Origin: Thermoanaerobaculia bacterium
GTDB lineage: Bacteria > Acidobacteriota > Thermoanaerobaculia > UBA5066 > Gp7-AA6
Assembly (NCBI GenBank): GCA_038239305.1
Contig: JBBSEW010000003.1
Coordinates: 51,022 to 115,021 of the forward strand
Length of the DNA: 64,000 bases
Direction: 5' to 3'
Shown here: positions 1-7,689 of the stretch, in pieces
How positions within the stretch are numbered: position 1 is the stretch's first letter
Layout of the letters: every line of letters starts with the position of its first letter
Notes under the pieces: model-generated
The model's input: only the letters and a program-made list of their open reading frames with translations
Told to the model about the DNA's origin: nothing
The model's database searches: none
Position numbers and translations under genes: made by a program

Positions 1-73
1 CGCAGGACAGGGTGGCCAGGGTGCCGAGGATGGCGAGCAAACCGGCGATCCGAATTCCGCTTCGTCGCATCAT
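1..73 (-). CDS. 5' end of a gene running off the window; signal-peptide/lipoprotein-like N-terminus (MMRRSGIRIAGLLAILGTLATLSC...)
   Basis: Reverse-strand ATG ATG at 73..68, then a basic n-region, a hydrophobic core and a Cys. Only 24 codons are visible. Confidence 0.3.
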   Translation of the reverse strand, partial: MMRRSGIRIAGLLAILGTLATLSC

Positions 74-174
74 GCGCGCATTCTATCCATGCAATGAGCC
101 GCCGGCCGGCGAGAAAATGCCGTCGTCTGGTCCGGAAGGATCGCGGTACCATCGGGCGCTTCGCAGGAGGAAAA

Positions 175-720
175 ATGGCGCGGATTCGCGGAGTGGGGCG
201 CTCCGAGGTAGCCGGAGCCGCACGGGACGCTTTCGAGAGGAAGATCGCGGAGAGGGGAAACATCCCGAACATGTATCGGGTGTTCGCCCACCGCCCGTGG
301 ATCCTCTCCACGATGGACGCTCACTTCGCCGCGGTCATGGGGTCGGGCACCGTACCCCTGAAGCTGAAGGAGCTCCTCGCGCTCCAGACGTCCCTCGCCA
401 ACGAGGCCCCTTACTGCACGCGGTCCCGCACCGCCAGCGCCGAGCGCCTCGGGGCCACGCCGGAGCAGATCCGCACTCTCCTCGACTTCGAGAACGGCCC
501 GTTCGACGAGCGCGAAAAAGCGGCGCTCCGCTTCGGCCTGCAGATGACCCGTCAGGCGAAGGGCGTGACGGACGCCATGTACCGGGACCTCGAGCGGCAC
601 TTCGCGGAAGGGGAGATCGTCGAGATCGCCTGCGTCGTCGGCCTCTTCGCCTACTTCAACCGTTTCAACGAAGCGCTCGGCACAGAACCGACGGGTCCCA
701 AGGAAGGACTGGATAGCTGA
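175..720 (+). CDS. Carboxymuconolactone decarboxylase / AhpD-like family protein
   Basis: ORF 94..720. ATG at 175 follows AGGAGG (165..170). The helical AhpD-like sequence (FAHRPWILSTMDAHF...LKELLALQTS..NEAPYC) is typical of CMD-family proteins. Confidence 0.7.
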   Translation: MARIRGVGRSEVAGAARDAFERKIAERGNIPNMYRVFAHRPWILSTMDAHFAAVMGSGTVPLKLKELLALQTSLANEAPYCTRSRTASAERLGATPEQIRTLLDFENGPFDEREKAALRFGLQMTRQAKGVTDAMYRDLERHFAEGEIVEIACVVGLFAYFNRFNEALGTEPTGPKEGLDS

Positions 721-745
721 TTGGTCCTTAGTCGGCGGTTGGGAG

Positions 746-802
746 AATCGGGTGATCGGGTGATCGGGTGATCGGGTGATCGGGCGAACGATCGGGTGAT
801 CC
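746..802. repeat. 8-bp tandem array (GATCGGGT-type, about 7 units)
   Basis: Direct reading: aatcgggt gatcgggt x3 gatcgggc .. gatcgggt gatcc. GATC recurs every 8 nt. Confidence 0.9.
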
Positions 803-835
803 GAAGATGTACGGGGACCTGAAGGATCTACTTTT

Positions 836-877
836 CGTTTCCCGTTTCCCGTTTCCCGTTTCCCGTTTCCCGTTTCA
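836..877. repeat. 7-bp tandem array (CGTTTCC x5 plus CGTTTCA)
   Basis: Direct reading; perfect heptad phasing. It is followed at 881..892 by GATCACCCGATT, the exact inverted copy of 746..757. Confidence 0.95.
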
Positions 878-935
878 CCGGATCACCCGATTCGTTCTGA
901 TACCCTCGCTCTCCCTATTTGCTAAAGGATTCTGA

Positions 936-2342
936 ATGACCGACACCAAGTCTTACGACCTCTCCATCATCGGCTCCGGGCCCGGCGGATACGTCGCGGC
1001 GATCCGGGCCTCTCAGCTCGGCCTGACCGTCCAGGTCATCGAGCGCGAGCCGCGGCTCGGCGGGGTCTGCACTCTCCGGGGGTGCATTCCGACCAAAGCT
1101 CTTCTCCACACCGCGGACCTTCTCGAGGAGGCTCGCCACGGTTCCGAGATCGGCGTTTCGGCCCGCGAGGTCAAGCTGGAGATGGCGGGAGCGCAGAAGC
1201 ACAAGGAAAAGGTGGTCCGCCAGAGCTCGAACGGCGTGCAGTACCTGATGAAGAAGAACCGCGTCGACGTCACGGCCGGATTCGGACGGATCGCGGGCCC
1301 GGGACTCGTCGCCGTGAAGGCGGCCGACGGCTCCGAGACGACGTTCGGGGCGAAGAACATTCTCGTTGCGACGGGCTCGTCGCCGCGCTCGCTTCCGGGC
1401 ATGGAGATCGATCACAAGGTGATCCTGTCGTCGGACTCCATCCTGGAGCTCACGGATGTTCCGAAGTCACTCCTCGTGATCGGGTCGGGCGCCGTGGGAG
1501 TGGAGTTCGCTTCGATGTTCGCGCGGTTCGGATCCAAGGTCACGATCATCGAGGTGCTGCCGCGGATCGTGCCGGTCGAGGATGAAGAGATCTCCCGCGA
1601 GCTCGCGGCGTCGTTCAAGCGGCAGGGAATCGCCGTTTACGTGGATACGCGGGTCGAGAAGGTCACGAAGTCCGATGGCGGCGTCGAGGTCATCGCGCGA
1701 ACCTCCGCGGGCAAGACGGAGACTTTTCGCGCGGAGAAACTGCTTCTCGCGGTCGGCCGAAAGCCGCTCTCCGAAGGCATCGGGCTCGAGCAGGCTGGCG
1801 TCGCGACCGACAAGGGTTACATCCGGATCGATTCCATGATGCGGACGAGCGCCGCCGGCGTCTATGCGATCGGAGATGTCGTTCCGACGGCGTGGCTCGC
1901 CCACGTGGCTTCGGCGGAGGGGATCGTCGCTGTCGAGCATATGGCGGGAAAAAATCCGCCGGCGATCAACTACGACCAGGTGCCGGGCTGCACCTACTGT
2001 GCGCCGGAAGTCGCGTCGGTCGGTCTCACCGAGGCGAAGGCGCGGGAGCGCGGGTACGACGTCGCCGTCGGCAAGTTTCCGTTCTCGGCGGTCGGCAAAG
2101 CCCGGATCATCAACGAGACCACCGGTTTCGTGAAGATCGTCGGGGAGAAGAAGTACGACGAGGTCCTGGGCGTGCACATCATCGGACCGAAGGCGACCGA
2201 GCTGATCGCCGAGGCGGGCGCGGCCCTTCGGCTCGAGGCGACGTCCGAAGAGATCGTCCGCACGATCCACGCGCACCCGACTCTCTCCGAGGCGATGCAC
2301 GAAGCGGCGGAAGCGGTCTCCGGGCACTCGATCCACATTTAG
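936..2342 (+). CDS. lpdA: Dihydrolipoyl dehydrogenase (E3 component)
   Basis: 468 aa. FAD-binding GSGPGGY motif, redox-active disulfide motif GGVCTLRGCIPTK, NAD-binding GSGAVGVE, and a C-terminal HAHPTLSE interface motif. Confidence 0.95.
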   Translation: MTDTKSYDLSIIGSGPGGYVAAIRASQLGLTVQVIEREPRLGGVCTLRGCIPTKALLHTADLLEEARHGSEIGVSAREVKLEMAGAQKHKEKVVRQSSNGVQYLMKKNRVDVTAGFGRIAGPGLVAVKAADGSETTFGAKNILVATGSSPRSLPGMEIDHKVILSSDSILELTDVPKSLLVIGSGAVGVEFASMFARFGSKVTIIEVLPRIVPVEDEEISRELAASFKRQGIAVYVDTRVEKVTKSDGGVEVIARTSAGKTETFRAEKLLLAVGRKPLSEGIGLEQAGVATDKGYIRIDSMMRTSAAGVYAIGDVVPTAWLAHVASAEGIVAVEHMAGKNPPAINYDQVPGCTYCAPEVASVGLTEAKARERGYDVAVGKFPFSAVGKARIINETTGFVKIVGEKKYDEVLGVHIIGPKATELIAEAGAALRLEATSEEIVRTIHAHPTLSEAMHEAAEAVSGHSIHI

Positions 2343-2361
2343 GCGGCTGTCGCGCGCGCTT

Positions 2362-2394
2362 CCTCTCCCGGCGGGAGAGGGCCGGGGTGAGGGG
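2362..2394 (+). repeat. REP-like 33-nt palindromic element, copy 1 (CCTCTCCCGGCGGGAGAGGGCCGGGGTGAGGGG)
   Basis: Near-perfect palindrome CTCTCCCG-G-CGGGAGAG, 20 nt after the lpdA stop. It is 32/33 identical to 7607..7639. Confidence 0.85.
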
Positions 2395-2400
2395 CCCCAT

Positions 2401-2527
2401 TCGATCCTCCGATCACCCGATTCCCCGATCCCGCGATCAGCCGATCAAACTCGATCCTCGATCTCCACTTCACGCGATAGTTCGATTGATCGCGAGATCA
2501 TGAGATCGCGAGATCGCGAGATTCGGC
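2401..2527. repeat. GATC-rich composite repeat ending in an 8-bp array (GATCGCGA/GATCATGA)
   Basis: 11 GATC sites counted in 2401..2520. Octamer array at 2488..2523. It contains GATCACCCGATT (2411..2422), identical to 881..892. Confidence 0.9.
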
Positions 2528-2560
2528 CAAGGGCCCGGGTCCGTCCTTAGTCCGCCCTCG

Positions 2561-3190
2561 TCAGTTCGGCTTCGGCGGCGGCGGGTCGGGCATCCTCGGC
2601 GTGTCGCCGGGGTACGACTGGACGGCGCCGGGGGCGGGGTACGCGAACGTCTTGCCCTCGCGATAGTCGTTCGGGGAGGCGGGGAAGGCGAGGTTCATCC
2701 CGGGGACCTGCTTCGAGTCGACATCCGGTTGGTATTTGCGATCGGGATTCAGAACGGCCGTTCCATCCTTTCGCTCTCCCGGGCCGACGGGCGCGCGAGC
2801 GGCGCCCTTTCCTCCTGTCGCGGGGGCGGCGTCCCGGCGGCCGTTTCCGCCGGTGATGCCGATGTCCACGGCGCCGTTCGCGTGTGCGGCCACGCGCTCG
2901 GCCGAGACCCGGCGGATCTCCGACCGGCGGACGCTCACCAGCGTGCCGGCCGGGTGCTGGTGAAAAGTCACCTGGTCCCCGGTCTGGAGCGGATGATCGG
3001 AGGACCAGAGCGTGCCCAGCTGAACCGTTTCGATGCGGTAGAGCGTGACCGTTCCCGACGCGCTCGTGACGGGAGAGGCCGGTTTCGATGCGGGATCGGG
3101 TGTCGCGCCGGACGATGGAACGGCGACGGCGGCGGCGACAAGAATCGTCGCGGCGGCCGCCGGCAGAAGCTGGAAGAGCCGCGTCGTCAT
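2561..3190 (-). CDS. Secreted hypothetical protein (signal peptide, ~50-aa conserved module, Gly/Pro-rich tail); paralog of 11484..12416
   Basis: ORF 2561..3241; ATG at 3190 gives MTTRLFQLLPAAAATILVAAAVAV. The module LYRIETVQLGTLWSSDHPLQTGDQVTFHQHPAGTLVSV aligns with the 11484..12416 product. Confidence 0.6.
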   Translation of the reverse strand: MTTRLFQLLPAAAATILVAAAVAVPSSGATPDPASKPASPVTSASGTVTLYRIETVQLGTLWSSDHPLQTGDQVTFHQHPAGTLVSVRRSEIRRVSAERVAAHANGAVDIGITGGNGRRDAAPATGGKGAARAPVGPGERKDGTAVLNPDRKYQPDVDSKQVPGMNLAFPASPNDYREGKTFAYPAPGAVQSYPGDTPRMPDPPPPKPN

Positions 3191-3294
3191 GGCTGTTTCC
3201 CAGTATACGCGCGCGGCCTCGGGACACCGCAGTCGGCACACCGTTCGCGCGTTCCACCGGAGGGGAGAAGAAATAGAATGGCGGACCGTCCATC

Positions 3295-4461
3295 ATGAGC
3301 ATCATCCAGCCGCCCGACCGAGCGGAGACGGATCTCTCCGCGCTGCGGATCCGACGCGTGCCCGAGAAATCGGGTGGCCGCGGATGGATCCTCATCCTCG
3401 CGATCGTCGTCGTGGCGATCGGGCTCGGCGTCTATTATTTTGCGGGCCGGTCGTTGCGCCCTCTCAAGGTCGACGTGGTCACGGCGTCCGTCGTTACCGA
3501 GGGCCAGGCGACCACCGTCCTGAGCGCCACGGGATACGTCGAGGCGGAGCGCAAGGCGGATCTCTCTCCCAAGATCACGTCCCGCATCACCGAGCTGAAT
3601 GTGACGGAAGGCTCGCGCGTCCGGAAGAACGACGTGATCGCCCGCCTCGATCATACGGACATCGACGCGCAGCTCGCGGAGGCGCGCGCGAACTGGGTCA
3701 ACGCGCGGGCCGATCTCGCCCGGCAGCGCTCTCTGCAGGAGCAGGGTCTCGCTCCGCAATCGACTCTCGACGTCTCCGTCTCGCAGGAGTCGGCGACGCG
3801 GGCGCGGGTCGAGTACACGCGGGCGCTTCTCGACTACACGGAGATCCGCGCTCCCTTCACCGGCGTCATCACCGCGAAGCGCGCTTTCGTCGGCGAGGCG
3901 GTGTCGCCGTTCGGCTCGTCGCCGTCCGGCGGCGGGTCCGGCGGAGCGATCGTGACGATCGTCGAGTTCTCGAGCCTCTACGTGGGCGCGGACGTCAACG
4001 AGTCGAACCTCTCGCGGCTTTCGCCCAACCAGCCGGCGGAGATGTCGCTCGACGCCGTTCCCGACAAGATCTACCACGGCCATCTCCGGCAGATCGTTCC
4101 GGCCGCCGACCGCCAGAAGGCGACCGTCCGCGTCAAGGTCGCTTTCGACGACGCGGACGACAGGATCCTTCCGGATCTTTCGGCGCGCGTCTCCTTCACC
4201 TCCGAGGCCACGCAGGGGAAAACGAACCGGTCGCGGATCCTGATCCCGAAAACGGCGATCGCCGCCGTGGAGGGAAAGTCCGGAGTGTTCCGCATCGTCG
4301 AGGGTCGCGCACGATTCGTCCCCGTGCAAACGGGCGGAGAAGTGCAAGGGCAGATCGAGGTCACTTCCGGTCTGCAGGGCGGAGAGAAGATCGTCGCGTC
4401 TCCCGGTCCCGTGAAGTTGCGGGATGGCGACCGTGTTCGGGTCGATGGGGAGAATTCGTAA
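3295..4461 (+). CDS. Efflux transporter periplasmic adaptor subunit (HlyD/MacA family)
   Basis: 388 aa. N-terminal TM, coiled-coil region (DAQLAEARANWVNARADLARQRSL) and beta-barrel regions typical of membrane fusion proteins. It is the first gene of the ABC operon. Confidence 0.85.
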   Translation: MSIIQPPDRAETDLSALRIRRVPEKSGGRGWILILAIVVVAIGLGVYYFAGRSLRPLKVDVVTASVVTEGQATTVLSATGYVEAERKADLSPKITSRITELNVTEGSRVRKNDVIARLDHTDIDAQLAEARANWVNARADLARQRSLQEQGLAPQSTLDVSVSQESATRARVEYTRALLDYTEIRAPFTGVITAKRAFVGEAVSPFGSSPSGGGSGGAIVTIVEFSSLYVGADVNESNLSRLSPNQPAEMSLDAVPDKIYHGHLRQIVPAADRQKATVRVKVAFDDADDRILPDLSARVSFTSEATQGKTNRSRILIPKTAIAAVEGKSGVFRIVEGRARFVPVQTGGEVQGQIEVTSGLQGGEKIVASPGPVKLRDGDRVRVDGENS

Positions 4462-4521
4462 CCGGTTGTTTCGCAACGAGCGTTCGAGAGTGATTCGGAG
4501 AAGCGGAGGAGGATTCACGCT

Positions 4522-5235
4522 ATGGCCGAGCCGTTGATCGACATCGCCCACGTCGAAAAAGTGTATCGCCGGGACGCCCTGGAGATTCCCGTGCTGAACG
4601 ACATCAACCTGAAGATTCCAGCCGGCGAGTTCGTCTCGCTCATGGGTCCATCGGGATCCGGGAAGACGACGCTCCTGAACCTCATCGCCGGGATCGATCA
4701 GCCGACCCGCGGAAGCATCGCGATCGGAGGTCGGGACATTTCGAAGATCTCGCAGACGGAGCTCGCGAAGTGGCGGTCGACGACGATCGGATTCATCTTC
4801 CAGCTCTACAACCTTCTTCCGGTCCTGACGGCGTTCGAGAACGTCGAGCTGCCGCTGCTGCTGACGCCGTTGAAAAGAGCGGAGCGCCGCACGCACGTCC
4901 AGACCGCTCTGAACATCGTCGGCTTGTCGGATCGCGTGGATCACTATCCGCGCCAGCTCTCCGGAGGACAGGAGCAGCGGGTCGCGATCGCGCGGGCGAT
5001 CGTGTCCGATCCGACCATCCTCGTCGCGGACGAGCCCACGGGAGACCTCGACGCGAAATCCGCCGAGGAAATCCTCGTGCTCCTGAACCGGCTGAATGCC
5101 GAGTTCGGCAAGACGATCGTCATGGTCACGCACGATCCCCGCGCCGCCTCCCGGGCGCACCGGATGGTGCATCTCGACAAGGGCGTCCTGCATGCCGACG
5201 AGCGAACGGCGGCCGGGGCTGCGAGGAACGCATGA
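4522..5235 (+). CDS. ABC transporter ATP-binding protein (MacB/LolD type)
   Basis: Walker A GPSGSGKTT, signature LSGGQEQR, Walker B ILVADEPT. Confidence 0.9.
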   Translation: MAEPLIDIAHVEKVYRRDALEIPVLNDINLKIPAGEFVSLMGPSGSGKTTLLNLIAGIDQPTRGSIAIGGRDISKISQTELAKWRSTTIGFIFQLYNLLPVLTAFENVELPLLLTPLKRAERRTHVQTALNIVGLSDRVDHYPRQLSGGQEQRVAIARAIVSDPTILVADEPTGDLDAKSAEEILVLLNRLNAEFGKTIVMVTHDPRAASRAHRMVHLDKGVLHADERTAAGAARNA

Positions 5236-6398
5236 AGTACCTGAATCTGATCTGGAGGAACGTTTTCCGGAAGAAAACACGGACCGTCCTGACGACGAGC
5301 TCGATCGTGCTCGTTCTCGTGCTCATCGTGGTCCTGACGTCGCTCCTGCAGGCCATGGATCAGGATCCTTCCGGCAACAAGGGCTCGAATCGCCTCGTCG
5401 TTCAGCACGCGACCGGTCTCGCCAATTTCCTTCCGCTCTCGCAGCGGCAGCGGATCGAGCAGATCCCCGGTGTCGTGGCCGTCAGCCCGCAACTCTGGTT
5501 CGGGGGGATCTACAAGGATGATCGCCCCGAGAACTTCTTCGGCCAGCTCTCCTGCGATCCGGAGGTCTTCTTCACGAAGGTCTTCGACGACGCCACGATC
5601 GATCCGGCTGTCGAGAAGCAGTTTCGCGGGCAGCAGAACTCGTTCGTGGCCGGACAGGCGCTCGTCGACAAGTTCCACTGGAAGAAGGGCGAGCACATCA
5701 TCCTCCGCGGAACCTACATCCCGGTCAACCTGGAGCTCGAGTTCGTGGGCCCGTACCACTCCGGCGACGAGTCGAACGTCTTCTTTCACAACGAGTACCT
5801 GAACCAGTCGAAGTGGTTCGGCGCCAACAAGTACACGGGGATCTATTACCTGAAGGTTGCCGACGGGAAGGATCTGCCTCGCGTGACGGCCGCGATCGAC
5901 TCGATGTTCGAGAACAGCGATGCCCCCACGAAGACGCTCACGGAGAAACAGTTCCAAGCGTCCTTCATGGAGATGATGGGCAACATCAAGGGGCTGATCC
6001 GCGGGATCTCACTCATCATTCTCTTCGCCGTGACTCTGATCGTGGCGAACACCGTTGCGATGTCGGCGCGCGAACGGGTCACGGAGATCTCCGTGATGCG
6101 GACCCTGGGCTTCCGGCCCGGCCACATCCTCGGGTTCATCCTGTCCGAGTCGGTCCTGATGTCGCTCATCGGAGGATTCGTCGGCGTCGTGCTCGCCAAA
6201 TATCTCTTCATCCCCGGGATGGTGAAGGGCATGGCGACGACCCCGATGGCGCCGTTTCTCATCAACTTCAAAGTGACGTGGGCCGTCCTGTCGGCCGCGT
6301 TCCTCGTGTCCGTCGGCGTGGGCGTTCTCGCCGGGTTCGTGCCGGCCATCCGGTCCTCCCGCATCCGCATCGTCGACGGCCTGCGGCAGGTGGTGTGA
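5232..6398 (+). CDS. ABC transporter permease, FtsX/MacB-like
   Basis: ATG at 5232 overlaps the upstream stop (ATGA). N-terminal TM, a large extracytoplasmic domain and three C-terminal TMs. Confidence 0.85.
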   Translation: MKYLNLIWRNVFRKKTRTVLTTSSIVLVLVLIVVLTSLLQAMDQDPSGNKGSNRLVVQHATGLANFLPLSQRQRIEQIPGVVAVSPQLWFGGIYKDDRPENFFGQLSCDPEVFFTKVFDDATIDPAVEKQFRGQQNSFVAGQALVDKFHWKKGEHIILRGTYIPVNLELEFVGPYHSGDESNVFFHNEYLNQSKWFGANKYTGIYYLKVADGKDLPRVTAAIDSMFENSDAPTKTLTEKQFQASFMEMMGNIKGLIRGISLIILFAVTLIVANTVAMSARERVTEISVMRTLGFRPGHILGFILSESVLMSLIGGFVGVVLAKYLFIPGMVKGMATTPMAPFLINFKVTWAVLSAAFLVSVGVGVLAGFVPAIRSSRIRIVDGLRQVV

Positions 6399-6399
6399 C

Positions 6400-7572
6400 A
6401 TGCCGATCCCGCTGAAATACAACGCCCGCAATCTCGTCAACCGGAAGGTCTCCACGGGGATGACCGTGGCCGTGATCACCCTCGTGGTCACCGTGTTCCT
6501 GTTCGTGCTCGCGCTGTGGCAGGGCGTGACGCGGACGCTGTCCGTGAACGCCTCGACCCGCAACATCCTCACGATGCGCGTCGGCTCTCAGGCGGAGATG
6601 CAGAGCGTCGTGACGCGCGACTCGTACGACATGATCCGCGCGCTGCCGGGCATCGAGCGCAACGGCAAGGGGGAGCCTCTCGTGTCGCCTGAGCTCCTCA
6701 CGCTCATCAACACGCGCCGGCTCGACGGGAAGAGCTCCAACGTCCAGATCCGCGGCGTCGGTCCCATGGGGCTCGAGATGAGGCCCGGCGTCCGGATCGT
6801 CGAGGGGCGCGTCATGAATCCGGGCACCAACGAGGCGATCGTCTCGAAAAATCTTTCGACGCGGTTCGCCGGAATGGCCGTGGGGGACACGGTCAAGTCC
6901 GGGAGCTACCGGTGGGTGATCGTCGGGCACTTCGATGCTGCCGGAAGCGCGTACGAGTCGGAGATGTGGGTCGACGTCAAGGATCTCCAGCAGCAGACGA
7001 AGCGTCCGATCTTCTCCTCCGTGTTCGTGCGGACGAGCGACCCGGAGGCTTCCGCGCGTTACATCGAGACCGTCAAGGGTGATCAGCGGCTCAAGCTCGA
7101 GGGCAAGACGGAGAAGAAATATTACGAGGAGCAGATGGTCACGGGCGCACCCATCAAGGTCCTCGCGATCCTCGTGGGCATCTTCACGGCGATCGGGGCT
7201 TCCTTCGGCGCAATGAACACGATGTATGCCCAGGTGTCGGCTCGCACGCGCGAGATCGGGACCCTGCGAGCGATCGGATTCTCGCGCCGTTCCGTGCTCG
7301 CTTCTTTCGTCCTGGAAGCGCTGCTTTTGTGCCTGGCAGGCGGCGTCGCCGGGACGCTTCTCGCCGTCGTGCTCTTCAACCTCGTGGTCACGAAGCCGAC
7401 GGGCACGATGAACTTCCGCACGTTTTCCGAAGTTCTCTTCAACTTTCGCATGACGCCTCCGCTCATCGTCGGCGGGCTCGCTTTCTCGCTGGCGATGGGG
7501 CTCTTTGGCGGATTCTTCCCCGCGTGGCGCGCGGCGAGGCTCAAGATCACGACCGCACTCCGAGAGGTATGA
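6400..7572 (+). CDS. ABC transporter permease, FtsX/MacB-like (second paralog)
   Basis: 390 aa with the same architecture as the preceding gene. The C-terminal FtsX region contains REIGTLRAIGFSR. Confidence 0.85.
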   Translation: MPIPLKYNARNLVNRKVSTGMTVAVITLVVTVFLFVLALWQGVTRTLSVNASTRNILTMRVGSQAEMQSVVTRDSYDMIRALPGIERNGKGEPLVSPELLTLINTRRLDGKSSNVQIRGVGPMGLEMRPGVRIVEGRVMNPGTNEAIVSKNLSTRFAGMAVGDTVKSGSYRWVIVGHFDAAGSAYESEMWVDVKDLQQQTKRPIFSSVFVRTSDPEASARYIETVKGDQRLKLEGKTEKKYYEEQMVTGAPIKVLAILVGIFTAIGASFGAMNTMYAQVSARTREIGTLRAIGFSRRSVLASFVLEALLLCLAGGVAGTLLAVVLFNLVVTKPTGTMNFRTFSEVLFNFRMTPPLIVGGLAFSLAMGLFGGFFPAWRAARLKITTALREV

Positions 7573-7606
7573 AAAGCCGCCGGTCTATTCCGGCGCCGCG
7601 CTTCCC

Positions 7607-7639
7607 CCTCTCCCGGCGGGAGAGAGCCGGGGTGAGGGG
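7607..7639 (+). repeat. REP-like 33-nt palindromic element, copy 2
   Basis: CCTCTCCCGGCGGGAGAGAGCCGGGGTGAGGGG, 35 nt after the permease stop. One mismatch to copy 1, and the shared upstream GCGCTTCC context is also present. Confidence 0.85.
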
Positions 7640-7689
7640 AGCTGTTCCGACAGGAGCGCCGGCCTGACGCTTTACAACCGAGAGCAAGA

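Noticed and set aside
2401-2527. GATC-rich composite element as a MITE or IS remnant.
   Set aside because: I found no transposase fragment, no clear terminal inverted repeats at both ends of each copy, and no target-site duplication. It is kept as a dispersed repeat family rather than called a mobile element.
3187-5280. 697-aa minus-strand ORF spanning the adaptor and ATPase genes. Similar giant antisense ORFs occur at 7547..9607, 19501..22422, 36520..38541 and 33651..35264.
   Set aside because: They are Arg/Pro/Gly/Asp-rich, have no recognisable motifs, and lie exactly antisense to genes with strong family signatures. These are typical shadow ORFs of high-GC DNA.
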